Shown here: piece after piece, positions 41,830 through 55,700 of the stretch
Numbering within the stretch: position 1 is the first letter of the stretch
Layout of the letters: each line of letters begins with the position of its first letter
Made by a program: the position numbers and the translations under genes
Notes under the pieces: generated by a model
Database searches by the model: none
Told to the model about the DNA's origin: nothing
What the model saw: the letters and a program-made list of their open reading frames with translations, nothing else
NCBI GenBank assembly: GCA_028023455.1
Contig: JAQFVV010000002.1
Coordinates: 9,238,001-9,302,000, forward strand
DNA length: 64,000 nt
Direction: 5' to 3'
Source: Epiperipatus broadwayi
Taxonomy: Eukaryota > Animalia > Onychophora

Positions 41830-44011
41830 TGTAAGGATGGCTTACAACCCTATCCTACCATCCTATGTTAACCCATAATACCAATTAGAGCCATGGAAAA
41901 TATTTGCTTAACCAATAAATTGCTAAGCACATACTAGTATTTTTTTTTTAATGCACATATATACAATAAACCTCTTTTTTTCTTGTTAAAAGCTAAAACA
42001 CTAAATCACACAACAACTTAATTTTAATAAAAAGGGTTATAAAAATCATTAAACTATTAAGTTAAACACCTAAAGAAAAACCAGTCAAACATATATGTAT
42101 GTTGATACCAAAGTTAAAGACTCGTGGTGTAAGTCATTAACTAGACTACTACAATAAGTAAGACATTTAGACTGTGAGGTGAAAAAAAAAAAAATAATGA
42201 CCTGATCTAAAAGCAATCACTTAGCAACCAACTGCTGAAACGAAATTAAATCTTAAATTAATGATTGTTTTAATCACAAATACTGTAAATAAAGTCTGCA
42301 TAACAATAGGAAATCATATCATATAAGGAAATGAGCTGATCTCGTTTTTAAACCGAATGTTATATAAAAGGGATTCAAATCTTTTTTTTTTTTTAAAAAA
42401 AAAAAAAAGTAATACTCTTGCTAAACAAAAACCAACTTCATTGTGCATAAAATTCGAATAATAGAAAGCTGGGCATATGTATTCTAAATGCCATGGATTT
42501 TTAAATGATATTCATGCAAATGGGAGCTAAATTAACAGTTGGACTGTCAGTCAATAAATAACCACATCAATTCGAATAATTTTTTTTTAGGAAGCAAGAA
42601 AAGTGAATCATTGTTAACAACTAAAAAGGCAAAAAAGTAAATAATTGCTCTTTATATACATACTCATTATTAAATTACAAATTGGAACTATATAGTATTC
42701 ATTATTATATGATGCATTCTGGTTAAAGAAAAAAATATCAAAGGGTGTCCGAACAACACACGAGCCATGAAAGCATAGTGACATCATCTGTTTATTGCTG
42801 CAAAGAAGCCTGAAACACATCCATTGTCTTCTATAAGATGCTTATACATCACTACATCTCATGCCAAGTGTGAGAATGCCACTCTTTGAGGAAACAGTAT
42901 TCTATCTTTTCCAGGGAAGCCTATTTTGAAAATAGTGGACTAATAATGTGAAGGACATTTTCAGCAGACTCATTTGGACTTTAACTAATATGATTAATTG
43001 AGAACTTTGATTTTTTTTATTTTCTATTATCATTGTTATATTTTTTTTCATTTTCTTGCTTGGAAGCAAAGATGTTTGAAATTTTGGGGAAATTCATTTT
43101 AAGAGTATAAAGGGGGGGGGTGAATAGATTAATTAGGTATTGTTATTATATATTAAATAAAATTTAGGTTGACTTACCCTTCCATCAACTTGACAGTGAC
43201 ATATTAATGTAGGGTAGAACAAAAGGTAAGATTTTGGTTATATCCTATATTAATTACGTATACTAGATACAGAACAGAGTTCATGTTAATTATATATCAT
43301 TAACATATACTAGATACAGAACAGAGTTCATGTTAATTATATATCATTAATTAATATTTGTTATGTGTTTCTTTTCATTTTTCTGTATAGCTGATTAACA
43401 ATCTTATGTGAAAGCTTCTTTTCTATCAATATTAGAGACATCTATAAATAGAAAGAGCTCCCAAGAAGATTTACCACCATCAGCATGAACTGGACAATGA
43501 GGATCACTTATAAGAATGATTCAGCCAGTTAGGTTCATGATTGTGTAAATATTGTTATATATATATCTTTGTAAACTATTTGGTGCCAAGTAGTGAATTT
43601 CTATTGTGGTTTTCTAAAAGAATTTTTCATTATTTTTAATTCGTAATATGGTAGAAGCTCATCCTAGACATGCTCGATTATATAATTTAGAATTGTTGAA
43701 CCATTGTGTGTTTTTTTTATTTTGTTATTAATAAATGTTAAAGAATTTGTTACTTTATCTGGTCTCTTGCCTACCATTGTATCTTACTTATCATCATATT
43801 CCCTGAGGTTGAATACTGTAGTATAATGGAGCCAGGAAGGGGTCAGAATTGGATGAACTAACCCAAATGTGTCTCAAAATTATACTTCGAGCTAGTCTAT
43901 TGAAAGTAGACACAATCATTAATTATGTATTTCATCGTGTGATCATTTGTACCCTATCCAAAGATCCATGTGCTCCCCTATCTCTTCTGAGTAATCCCTC
44001 GGCCCATTACA
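41830..44011 (+). repeat. 5' LTR (2182 bp), containing a private ~49-bp tandem duplication near 43258-43350
   Basis: Starts tgtaaggatgg and ends cccattaca; colinear with 47033-49609. Confidence 0.9.
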
Positions 44012-44769
44012 TTTGGAACCAAGCATATTGGGCATGGAATTAAGTTTTCAGATACTCAGTTGTTGAACTTATAAAAAAAAACTATTTTTTTTTCTTTTGA
44101 ATCTCCTTTCCCATAAACTTTTGTAATGTAATCACCATTAACTTACATATATACTATATGATTGATACATGCGACCACAGCATTGATGAATGTATCTAAC
44201 AATCCTTTTTTTAAAAAAAATTACTTCGAACAGATGTAACAAATGGAAATTATGCCTAAAATAATGAATGTATGTTGAAAAATATAAATAATGAAATGAG
44301 CCGAGACCAATAATGAAATACTTAATCAGTGAATAAACTGAGGTTAAAATAGATGAGCCAGGGAAAATAAAAGACAAGGCTATAAAAATAGGCAATAAGA
44401 AGCATGAACATACAAGTGCACACACACACACATTAAAAAAAGTCCACATTAAATGCAAATACAAAGGGTGGCAAATCAAACATATCTTAATTTTTGAGCA
44501 AATTTCGTCAATGATAACTAGAAATAGGAAATATTTATTAAACATGGAAAGAAAGCATTTACTTGAAACAGAGAGCAGTAATTGTGAAATAGGAGATGGT
44601 ACGGATAGTGGTGAGAAAGAATACTCATTTAGCCAAGTACCTGAGGGCTATAACAAACATTTTCCACAGGTTCAGGAAGGGAGCTAGGCAGCTTTGCAAA
44701 CTCAAGAGACCCCTTCCACTGAACTCAGTCAACTACCTCGAGCTGATATAGCATAGGCTACAGAGAATG

Positions 44770-45900
44770 AGATGACCATGATGTAAATGTTCCAAGCAAT
44801 GATGAAAGAAATGAGGGAAACATATGGACAAAACAAAATAAATAATAATATGAATGAATAATATGAAATATACCATGGCAACCAGAGAAGATGAATAAAA
44901 TAAACAGTAACATAGAAACAAAGATGGAGATTGAAAATAGACTTTCTGTGGATATGAAGCAGCTGTCTTTAGGCTTAGAGGGTGTTCAGCAAGACATTGC
45001 TGACTGAAAACAAGCTGTGAGCAAAATAAGGAAAGATATAGATGAAAAAGACATGAGATGTCAACAGAGACTGGAAGACATCAAAAGCATTATCACCAGT
45101 TAACTAAATGCTAAACATAGTGAAATGCAGTGAGTTGCAAACATTTTCAGGAAGAAATACATACTGAACAAGTAAACATCAAGATAAGATTTAACCTGCA
45201 GGATAGATCGAATCCATTCCCAACTAAATGCTGAAGCAGAAATATGTGATTAAGGCTTTTGAAACTATGAGTTAGAGTTTGAGACATCTGGAAGATAAAA
45301 TAGCCTCTACTGAATTGGAGACCTTCCTGAATAAGATAAATTTAGAAAGAGTAATTGAGAGCATGAAAGAGGTTCAGGACCACATGGACAAAGCTGTCAA
45401 TTACAGATTTGAAATGCTCAAGTCCCAACTACACAAAGAGCACAAAGAATTGGGATGCTACATACTGAAATTGATAAAATAGCTCAGACTAATAAAGTGA
45501 ATAGCGATGACTTAGGGAACTGTATTGTTGCCCACTTTCAAAGACCCAGATAAAATGAGCAACCAATTCAAAGAACAATACTTGCTCTAGGCAAAGTTTG
45601 CAAATATGGTGATAGCCTTCAGAGTGAATCACTGTTAACACATGACTGCCACCATGAAAAGCTTTCATAACCACAACATTGGTTCAAGAAGTTCAGATAA
45701 AGGCAAAAGATCTGACCATCTCAGATGTTTGTTGTGGCATTTAAAATCTCTACTATCAATGAAATGATCCAGATAAGGGAAACTTGGAACATGGTAGAGA
45801 AATCCACACCAGAAACCACTAAACAAAAGGATTCCCAGTTCTGTAAGCTATGCAATACATATGGAAGTCCCTTCACATTCATTAAGCATAGAAATTCTAC
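44770..45900 (+). pseudogene. Decayed gag-like region (coiled-coil N-terminus, capsid-like segment)
   Basis: Heptad-rich fragments EIENRLSVDMKQLSLGLEGVQQDI and RHLEDKIASTELETFLNKINLERVIESMKEVQ, plus FKDPDKMSNQFKEQY; located after the PBS. Confidence 0.5.
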
Positions 45901-46239
45901 TGCTTGAAAAACAAATATAAGGGATGAACCTCAAAGATTGCAACATGTGGAATGAGATATATATATATTTACACACAAACCAACCAATGATGTCATGAAC
46001 AGAAGAAAAGAATGTTCATTAACAGATAGGGCATGAGTAGATGCACCTATGCTTTTTACTAAGCCACAATATATGGCCATCCAACCAAACATGATACTAC
46101 CCAGTCAAATAGCACCAGAGTGGGATGTACCATAATATGTTTTAAAAAGAAAGGAATATACATAGATAAGACAACCAATGAGTAAAAAAACTTCCACTAC
46201 AATATTCTCCACATATCAACCCCCAGTAAATACCACTGA

Positions 46240-46490
46240 AATAGATGTAGACAAAGAAAGATTAAAAGCATATGAAAAACTCTCAAATATGACTAACCAA
46301 AGAAACAAGGATAGGAAAAAGAAAAGATCTCATATTTTCAGAGTATAAGATGAAAACACCACATGCCATAAATTTTTTAATCAATATGGACCATTTACAA
46401 TAGTAAAGCAATCTGGTCACAATGCATTTTGGATTGATGTTGGAGAGATATGGAGTACATATAATGCCCGTATCTTAAAATGTATTATGG
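46240..46490 (+). pseudogene. C-terminal tail of a gypsy-type integrase
   Basis: KAYEKL...IFRV*DE then HKFFNQYGPFTIVKQSGHNAFWIDVGEIWSTYNARILK, matching the GPY/F module and YNxxxLK end. Confidence 0.65.
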
Positions 46491-47032
46491 ACTCCACATA
46501 ACCATATAGTTGCCTTGTACAATCCACAATCCAATCAACATCAAAGAAATATATGGGTGATTATGCAAAATATGTGCATCACTAGGGATATTAAGTTTTG
46601 ATGAGGGTATACCCAGGTTAATGCTTAGAAGCATTGTTGACACTAACCAAGATCCAAAAAGTCAATCCGTATAGAGAATAATGAATGCTCTAATATTTTG
46701 TTAGACCAAAAAATCCAGTAAGACTCGAAAAGGAACAGGGTGAAGGCTAACAAAAACTTAAGTGTCATCTACAATAGAGACACATTACCAGTTAATTATT
46801 TATCTATATAACCATCAAAACCCCTAATTCCATGCCTTAAATGAAATGACCTAGCAAAATTGTGAAATAGCACAAGAAATTAACTGATAATATATAATGA
46901 ACATTGAAGTGAACTTTTAAAACCCTTAATTTAAACCAAACATGATCCAACATCAAATAGACTCCTACTCATGTGAAAGTGTTAAAATTTTAATCATAAG
47001 TTAAAATTTTAACCCTGAAAAGAAAGGGGAGT

Positions 47033-49609
47033 TGTAAGGATTGCTTTCAACCCTGTCGTACCATCCTATGTTAGCCCATATTACAATTAGAGCTATAGAA
47101 AATATTTGCTTAACCAATAAATTGCTAAGCACATTCTAGTATTTTTTTTAAAATGCATATATATACAATAAACTTTTTTCTTGTAAGCTAAAACACTAAA
47201 TCTCACAACTTCATTTCTTTTAATAAAAAGGGTTACAAAAATTATTAAACCATTAAGTTAAACACTCTAAAGAAAAACCAGTCAAACATATATGTATGTT
47301 GACACCAAAGTTAAAGACTTGTGGTGTAAGTCATTAACTAGACTAGGACAATAACTAAGACAGTTTAGATTAGATGCAAAAAAATAATTATCTGATCTAA
47401 AAGCAATCACTTAGCAACCAACTGTGGAAATGAAATTCAAACGTCAATTAATGATTGTTTTAATCGCAAATACTTTAAATAAAGTCTGCATAACAATAGG
47501 AAATATAAGGAAATGAGCTAATCTCATTTTTAAACTGAATATAAAGAATTTGAAACTTCATTTTTTTTAAAAAAAGTGATGCTCTTGCTAAACAAAAACC
47601 AACTTTGTTGTGCTTAAAATTCGAATGCTAAAAAGATAGGCATGTATATTCTAAATGCCACAGATTTTTAAATTATATTCAAGCAAATAGGAGCCAAATT
47701 TACAATTGAACTGAATCAATAAATAACCACATCAATTTGAATAAATAAAGTTTTTTTTTAAGAAGCAAGAAAAATAAATTATTGTTAACAACTCAAAAAG
47801 GCAAAACAATAAATAATTGCTCTATATAAAGGCACTTCACACCTGGGAGCTTAATTGTAAGTATAGAGGATTTGATAATCTTTTCTACATGTGTATGGTC
47901 GTGTGTATCAGTTGTATGAGATAGTGTGGATAGTTGAAGGGTGCTTGAAAATCTGAGTTCAAATCCTCTATACTTACAATTGCTCTATATATACATACTC
48001 ATTATTAAATTATGAATTGGAACTTGATAAAATGCATATATAGTGTTCATCATTATATAATGCATTCTGCTAAAGAAAAGAATATCATAGGGTGACTGAA
48101 TGCCATTAACAGATCCATAAAAGCATAGTGACCATCTGTTTATTGCTGCAAAGCCTGAAAACCTGAAAAACACCCATTGTCTTCTATAAGATTTCTACAC
48201 ATAACCCAAGTGGATATGTTATCTGGACAAGATTGTGATATCATCATGCCAAGTGTGAGAATACCTCTCTTTGAGGGAAGAGTATTTTATCTTTATCCAG
48301 GGAGGCCTATTTGAAAATAATCGACTATTAGTGTGAAGGACATTTCCTGCAGACTCATCGGACTTTAACTAATATGATTAATTGAAAACTGATTTTTTAT
48401 TTTATTTTTTATTATTGTTATATATTTTTATTTTCTCATTTGGAAGCAGAGATGTTTGAAATTTTTGGGAAATTTATTTTAAGAGTATAAAAAGGGGGGA
48501 AGTAAATAGGTTAATTAAATATTCTAATATATTATCGAATAAAATATAGGTTGACTTATCCTTCCATCAACATTACAGTGACATTAATGTGGGATAAAAC
48601 AAAAGGTAAGATTTTGGGTATATCCTGTATTAATAACACACACTAGATATTGAACAGAGTTCGCGTTAATTATATATCATTAATTAATATTTGTTATGTG
48701 TTTCTTTTCGTTTTTCTGTATAGCTGATTAACAATCTTGTGTGAAAGCTTCTTTTCTATCAATATTAGAGACATTTATAAATAAAAGGGGGGGGGGGGCT
48801 CCCAAGAAGATTTACCACCATCAGGATGAACTGGACAATTAGGGTCACTTAAATGAGACTGTAAATAGGAATGATTCAGCCAGTTAGGTTTGTGGTTACG
48901 TAAATATTGTTCTATATATATATCTTTGTAAACTATTTGGTGCCAAGTAATTAATTTCTACCATGGGTTTGGTAAAAGGATTTTCATTATTTAAATTCAT
49001 AATATGATAGAAGCTGATCATTGATATGCTCCATCACATAATTTAGATTGTTAAACCATTGTTTTATTTTATTTTTCTTTATTTTGTTATTAATAAATAT
49101 TAAAGAAGGTGTTATTTTATCTGGTTTCTTGCTCATCATTATTAGCTTGCTTATCATCATTATTCTTATTATTAAAGTTACAAATATATTGATTAGTGCC
49201 AATTGATGTGATAATCTTAAATATATAAATACATGCACACACCTGCCTTATTATATATGTTATGATATAGGAGTATATTAAATGAATTTAAATAACCAAT
49301 TATCATCTATAGAGAAATATAATTGTTGCTAATTAGTGTAATTTCATTCCTTGTTAAGACTGTTTAAAGCATTTACTCTAAGTTTGAATACTGTGGTATA
49401 ACAGAGCCATGTAGGGGTGAGAACTGGATGAACTAACCCAAATTGTGTCCAAGTTAATAAAAATACACAGAACTAGTCTATTGGAAGTAGACACAATCAT
49501 CAGTTATGTATTTCATTGGATAACCATTTGCATGCTACCTGAAGACCCAAAGTCGGACCATAGTCAGATGTGCCCCCCTTTCTCATGTGTAACCCCCCAG
49601 CCCGTTACA
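47033..49609 (+). repeat. 3' LTR (2577 bp) with secondary insertions at ~47829-47977 and ~49150-49380
   Basis: Starts tgtaaggattg right after the PPT and ends cccgttaca. Confidence 0.9.
47829..47977 (+). mobile_element. 149-bp insertion in the 3' LTR with a 14-bp TSD; related to the sequence downstream of the 39.1-kb hammerhead
   Basis: aattgctctatata at 47815-47828 and 47978-47991 (a single site in the 5' LTR); internal ...atgagatagtgtggatag...ttgaaaatct resembles 39165-39240; B-box-like gagttcaaatcc; 23-bp inverted repeat. Confidence 0.75.
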
Positions 49610-49950
49610 ATATGTACATTACCTTTTCTTCTCAAAGACAATCAGACTTTTTGTTTTGCTTCATTTTTTTATTATCTATTAACACATCAAAAAAAAGTTT
49701 AACAATGTGTTTAAAAAAATATATTAAGCTATCAGTAAGCTTTTTTTTTTTTTTTTAGTAAAGATGGCAAACTAGTGTCTCTTTATCATAGTCAGTCCAA
49801 ATACTACAACATAATATCCTGCTGCCTTGACATTTTTAAAATTATCCAAGCTATTTGAAACAGACAACATATAAACATATACATATGAGTATGGGATAAA
49901 ATGCTGAAAGTCTGTTTAGTTACTTTTGAAAAGTTTGAAAATTTATATTA

Positions 49951-50105
49951 TTCTATGTCAAACATTTTTTGTGCTTATATATATAAAATTTCTGTTAATT
50001 AGAACAAAATTGTAATTATAATAAATTCTATGTTAAACATTTTTTGTGTTTATATATATATATAAAATTTCTGTTAATTAGAACAAAATTGTAATTATAA
50101 TAAAT
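49951..50105. repeat. ~75-bp tandem duplication
   Basis: ttctatgt(c/t)aaacattttttgtg...tgtaattataataaat occurs twice. Confidence 0.85.
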
Positions 50106-52690
50106 GTAACGATAATAAACTATTATAAACAATATTTTAATCCACATAAGTATATTCTGTTAATTTCTTAAACCTATCTCAACTGCAATTAAATTCAAAA
50201 AACCAAGCAGCAGCAAATGTCATCAATTCAAATCCTATAAATTCTATATTTTAATGTTAGCAAGATGTTCAATCCCAGGGTAGTATGCATTGATTGCAAG
50301 TTACTCATCCACAAGGCAACTTTGTTAGTATTATTTTTCCAGTTCTATAGCACATATTGGCAGTCTAAAATAGCTATTTTTTCCCTCCTATCAGTTAAAT
50401 ATTTAGCATTGGTCTAAGACCACATCTTGACTACTAGGGTTAAATCTACATTGGCTTGAGCTTATTTATGCACTCACACTTCAGGTAAAAAAATATAACA
50501 TTTATGTAACACTGTAATGGATAATCTATCCTGGGCTAGTAAGGTTACTTATAAAGTAGAAAACCACAATGTTAAGGTAGGAGTTGGCATATTAATTGTA
50601 GGCATAATCTTAAGTGACCACATATATACACACTCACATTTAGTTTAGTATGTAAAGATGATAATGCTCTAATATTTCAATATCATCCGCCATGGGGCCT
50701 GCATGCATTCACCCACACATTTGAAACTGTGTTCTTTTTATTTGTTTTTTGTCTTTATTAATTAATAAATGTATTTAAAATTATGCTGGTTTCATATGTC
50801 TTTCTTGCTCATAGTCTAATTCCATTTCAATTTAATCTCTATTTAGTAAATTATGTATGAGTGATATGCATTCATGTTAAATTACAAATATTATCTCCCT
50901 TTATCACACTGTATCAGTCCATTTTAACCCTTAAAGTTAGTATTATATTTAGTCACCCCCTGAGTCTGATGTTTCTCCCTGTGTTATGCCAGCCATGAAG
51001 AAATTGGGACCGAGTATAACTTCAGAGATGTCATTTATAAGATGTTAAGTCACAGAATTTTGGTGAATGAGATGAAGCTTGGTCAGATTCGGAATCTCAC
51101 CATATCACTCTGGTCAGCTTTGGTATATTTGCCTGAATTCTGGATTTTGTTGTGTGAATGCACAAATCTGACTGTTACAATATATAGCAGTAGCAAATAT
51201 CCAGACAGTAGTGTGACCCAGTACAAGTTTAGTAATCAATAGATACAGGGAGGTTTTTGCATAAAATCCCTATCTAGTGCCTACTCATCTCCTATCCTCA
51301 GATTAGTTTGTAGCTTGTGTCTTTCATCAGTGAGAAGTTTTGGATCTGAGAGCACTGCATCTGGATCTAATGCAACCCTCAGCAGCCACCTTTTGCCTAT
51401 TTACCTGCATTCATTGATTACTAAAGCTTGCACTGTGTGGCACTACTGTCTGGAGATTTGCTATTGCTAATAACTTGTGGAAGTATCAGAAATGGTGATC
51501 ATGTGATGTTTTGTTGGTTTATATATATAAATGAGTGTATATTAAGTCACTAAATATAGAGGATTACAATATTTAAGAAATAATAAATAATAAAATGTAA
51601 AATTTAAAAAAGCACAAAAAATCAGCCTAAATAGAAAAATATATATATTAATAATGTTTTTAAGGAGTGAATATTATCTGAAGAATGAAAGGTGTAGATA
51701 GTACATTAGCATAAGAGATATAAGGTATTGAAAAAATGAGAGAAATAAATTAATAATAATCTCATTTAATTGATTTTGAACAAATTAATCTAAAAACAAG
51801 TTTTTATTTAATCTATGATTAACTATTTGATGGACTCATTTTATAGTGAGAAAGTTATTGTTTGTGAAGACAAAAAAAAAGAATTTGGGCAACTAAAATG
51901 GAATTATTGTGCAATGATAATAATAAGAATTGTGCTAGCAATAGCTAATAATATGATTTCTCAATTTGGACAGTTATGAAAAATACCCAACCACCTCCCA
52001 TAAATGAATCTACCATTATCAATGATTAATAGTCGCCAGATTCATTACCATAAAAAAATAAATATAAAAGATTCTATTTAATTGTGATTCTAGTGCAAGA
52101 CAAAAACACAAAAATTGGCTGCATTATGCATCTTTAAAAAAACCCCCGTTGAAGGTTACAAATTACCAATGTGACAAAGAAAGGAGTTATTAGCAGTAGT
52201 ATGACAGAGTAGACAGAAGACGATGGGGTACTCTCTTTTGCTTTCCACTTTATGTAATTATTTAATATGTTATATTAGTTTAACATTACTAAGTACTGTA
52301 CATCATTTATGTTTTTTTTTATTTAATTTATTTTTGAAATTTATTGTCAATAATAATTCAAAATTTTATCAAACCATATTCATAAATATTGAAAAGGAAA
52401 ATTATATTGATATTTCTAAATTAATCTTATATTTAATTGCATTTATTTTCTAAAACTTATCACAAAACCATATCTCTTTAATTAAGCCCAAAAAGTTTTT
52501 TTTAACACTTCAGAATTAAATACAGTAAAAATTTATGTATGTATATTATAATATTGTTGAATATTTGAATGTGTTTATATATGTTAATTATACAATTTGA
52601 AATTCATTAAGAAAAAATAATGAATTTTCTTTAAATAAATATATTAAAGTTTTTATTTGCTTTTAATATAAATATTTTTTTTATTTTCAG

Positions 52691-52790
52691 TTAATCGATT
52701 ATGGAAAGCGTTACCTTGTAAAATTACAAGTTTTTGCCAAAATGGAGGAACCTGCACTTATTATGAATCAATCAATTCACATGTATGTCA
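52691..52790 (+). CDS. vn: Internal exon encoding Cys1-Cys4 of an EGFR-ligand EGF domain, vein/neuregulin-like: NRLWKALPCKITSFCQNGGTCTYYESINSHVC(Q)
   Basis: Strong acceptor ttattttcag and donor GTAAGT. C-x5-C-x-NGG-x-C-x10-C spacing as recalled for insect vein. Phase-2 intron between Cys4 and Cys5, the known hallmark of EGFR-ligand genes. The Ig-domain exon and the Cys5-Cys6 exon were not found in the window, so orthology is inferred. Confidence 0.7.
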
Positions 52791-55700
52791 GTAAGTATTT
52801 GAAAAATGTGAAACTTCCAAAAGTTAGTAAATTTAAAAAGTTGACTGTTTATATTTTACTTTTAATATTTATTTATTTGAATTTTTAAAAAAAGTTTTAT
52901 ATAAACTGAAGTTTTTTATAGAATATTGTATCCTTTTGAAAATACCAGGTCTAAAAATTGAAGTAATTAGATGTCTCTCTCTCTCTCTCTTTATATATAT
53001 ATGTATATTGTATACTATAAATAGAAAATAAACACCTTTCTGCTTGTAGGACTGGTTATTCATTATCGAAAAGTAGCATATGTTTCCAAATTAGCTAAAA
53101 TATAGGAATTTTTTGTTAAGTATACAACAATCTATAACACATTTAACAAATATAGTTATATTTTAATGAAAGATCTGATCAAATCTTGTATTGAAATCCT
53201 TTTTTTTTTTTACCAATCATTTTAAATCTTTCTAGAAATGTTAAAACTATATTTTAAAGAATTAATAATAATAAAAAAAGAAGATAGATATTGGAAAACA
53301 GAATCAGAAACATTTTTATTGTTTTTCTGATTGCAGGACCAAAAAAAGCAAATGATTAAAAAAAATTAATATCTGTAGAAATAATGAATAGAGATTTCAT
53401 TACATTTTCAAAATATATAGATATTGTTCATGCACTTGAAATAATATCATTTTTAAATGATTTTCAAAAAAGGAATAAGATTAATATTTTGTTTTTTAAA
53501 TATAGAAAATTACAAGAAAAATTATAAATTAAAAGTAAAGATAGCAAATATAAAAAACAAAAAATACTCATAACTTATACATTTTAGTTTTTAAAAAAAA
53601 ACATATATTGGAATAAAATGGAAGTAATTAAAAATGAAAATTCTCAATATCTTTGTCAATCAATTATTTTTTCACTTTTAAAACTATTTGATACAGAGTG
53701 GCAGCACACACATTTTAAATTAAATTATTAAATACTGAAAGCCAAATATAAATCATAGAGAAATGATGTAAAAAAGTGAATATTTGACCATAGCAAATTG
53801 GCACAGTGATGTCTCTAGTTTACATTCAATTATTTTCACTTGCAGTTAATCTCACATCATTCAATTCATGAGACATTCATATAATTAATAAGCACTGACT
53901 AATAATGCCAAATTTTAAGAGACCCAATATAATAAATCCACTTACCATTTCCATCATCTAAAATTTAAGAGATATTTTTGTCGTATTTTTTTGCCTTAAG
54001 TCTGGACCAACATGGAAATATGCTCTAATGGAAAATTATTACCTAATATCAAATTATTTTAATGGATGTTTTCCTCCAAAATATCTGTTTTCCTTGAAAT
54101 ACTAAGAAAATGTACTTAGAAAACTTTTTATCAAATATAGATGGACAGTATTTTGAAGGGATTTTGAATGATTTACTTTTATGCTATATGGAGTACAGCA
54201 TAGAGAGAAAAAAATTTTTGTTGAAACTTTTTGTTGTTAATAGAAATAGCGCAAGCTCTTTTTTTTTTCATTGGTGGAGCTGGAGGAAAGAAAGCCAACA
54301 AGAACTTTACTTAGCTTTAAATTTTATTATTTTTCTATATTTTTTTAATATTCATATTTTTAGAATATGCAATTTAATATATTCTAGAAATAAGCTCAGT
54401 TTTAAGATTTAAATGATTTATTTTTAAATAAAGAAAAATAATAGGTATCAGAAAAATTTAGTTTTTCCGAAAGGTAAATATAAAAAAAATACCTATAACT
54501 TGTTATATGTTTGTATGACCATGAAGAGAGTGGAATCACCATATTTAATTCCAATAATTGTTGGGATTAAAGGTAAATTATTATGCCATTTAATAATATT
54601 TTAATGTATATTTTGTTTGTTTATTATATTACTTGATTATTAAAACCAGATGGAATCATGTTTATATGATTAAGAATATGTTGTCTTCTGAATGTAATAG
54701 AAAGTTAAAAAAATACTGTGTGTTGTTTTCTGAATGCAAAATACCATGTGTGTTATCTAAAGGTATTTAAATAATTTTATGAATGCTTAAGTATGCACAT
54801 CTTTAAATATAATTAGGAGTTACCAAGATATCATTCTAGACAGTATCTGTTTAGATACAATAAATGAAAATGCTGATCTCTGAATTATTTAATATGATAA
54901 TATAAGTGAATGAATGTGTGATAAAGATGGATTTTATGAAATCATTTGTGTATACAATGTTTTTGCACCTTCTTGATTTTAATATTAGATATTATTTTAA
55001 AATGTAGTTTGGTGATTATTTTATGTAAAGTAGTCAGAATTTATTTGTGATGTCAAGAATGTGGAAGATAAAGGATAGTCATCTGGGAAATTAGTTTTAA
55101 AACAAAATCCTGGGTGATAGGGATATTGAGTAGAAATATATTTGAATTATATTTTCACGAAGTAATGAATTAAATACAGGTAACAAAGTTCATGACCGGA
55201 ATTTAAGGTACATGATAAATATGTGACTATAAACACTGCAACCATGATATTTCATATTAGTTTGAGTTATTGTTATATTCATATCCCTCACTGTAATCAC
55301 TATTGATCACCACTGGATATTACATCATGAATGGTACAGTTTAAAAGTTGGTCAGAACAATCGCTGGACTGTAGAAGATTGTTAGTATTTATTAATGCAA
55401 GAGGACAAAAATTTTATCACAAATGATTTATATTGTTTTTATGGGTAAAGATAAAAGGAATGGTTTGATATTTCTAGAGATATATGAATAATGGAGATTA
55501 TTAAACTGATATGTTAAATGCATATTTTTGTTTGAGTGAAAGATAATGGAATACAACATCTAAATGCTATTATGATGATAGATATTGAAATAAATAAATA
55601 AAGTATATTCAAGCAATATATAATTATTTAATATCTGAATATTTTATAAGTAAAGTGAACTTAACAAAAATTAAAGTTATGGAGTTATTTAAGTATTTTA

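Larger units (their letters stand above)
41830..49609 (+). mobile_element. Non-autonomous Ty3/gypsy-like LTR retrotransposon (gag relic + integrase tail, RT/RH deleted)
   Basis: Direct LTRs bounded by TGTAA...TTACA; PBS-like tttgg after the 5' LTR (44012); polypurine tract gaaaagaaaggggag at 47017-47031; near-TSD acat/atat. Confidence 0.9.
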
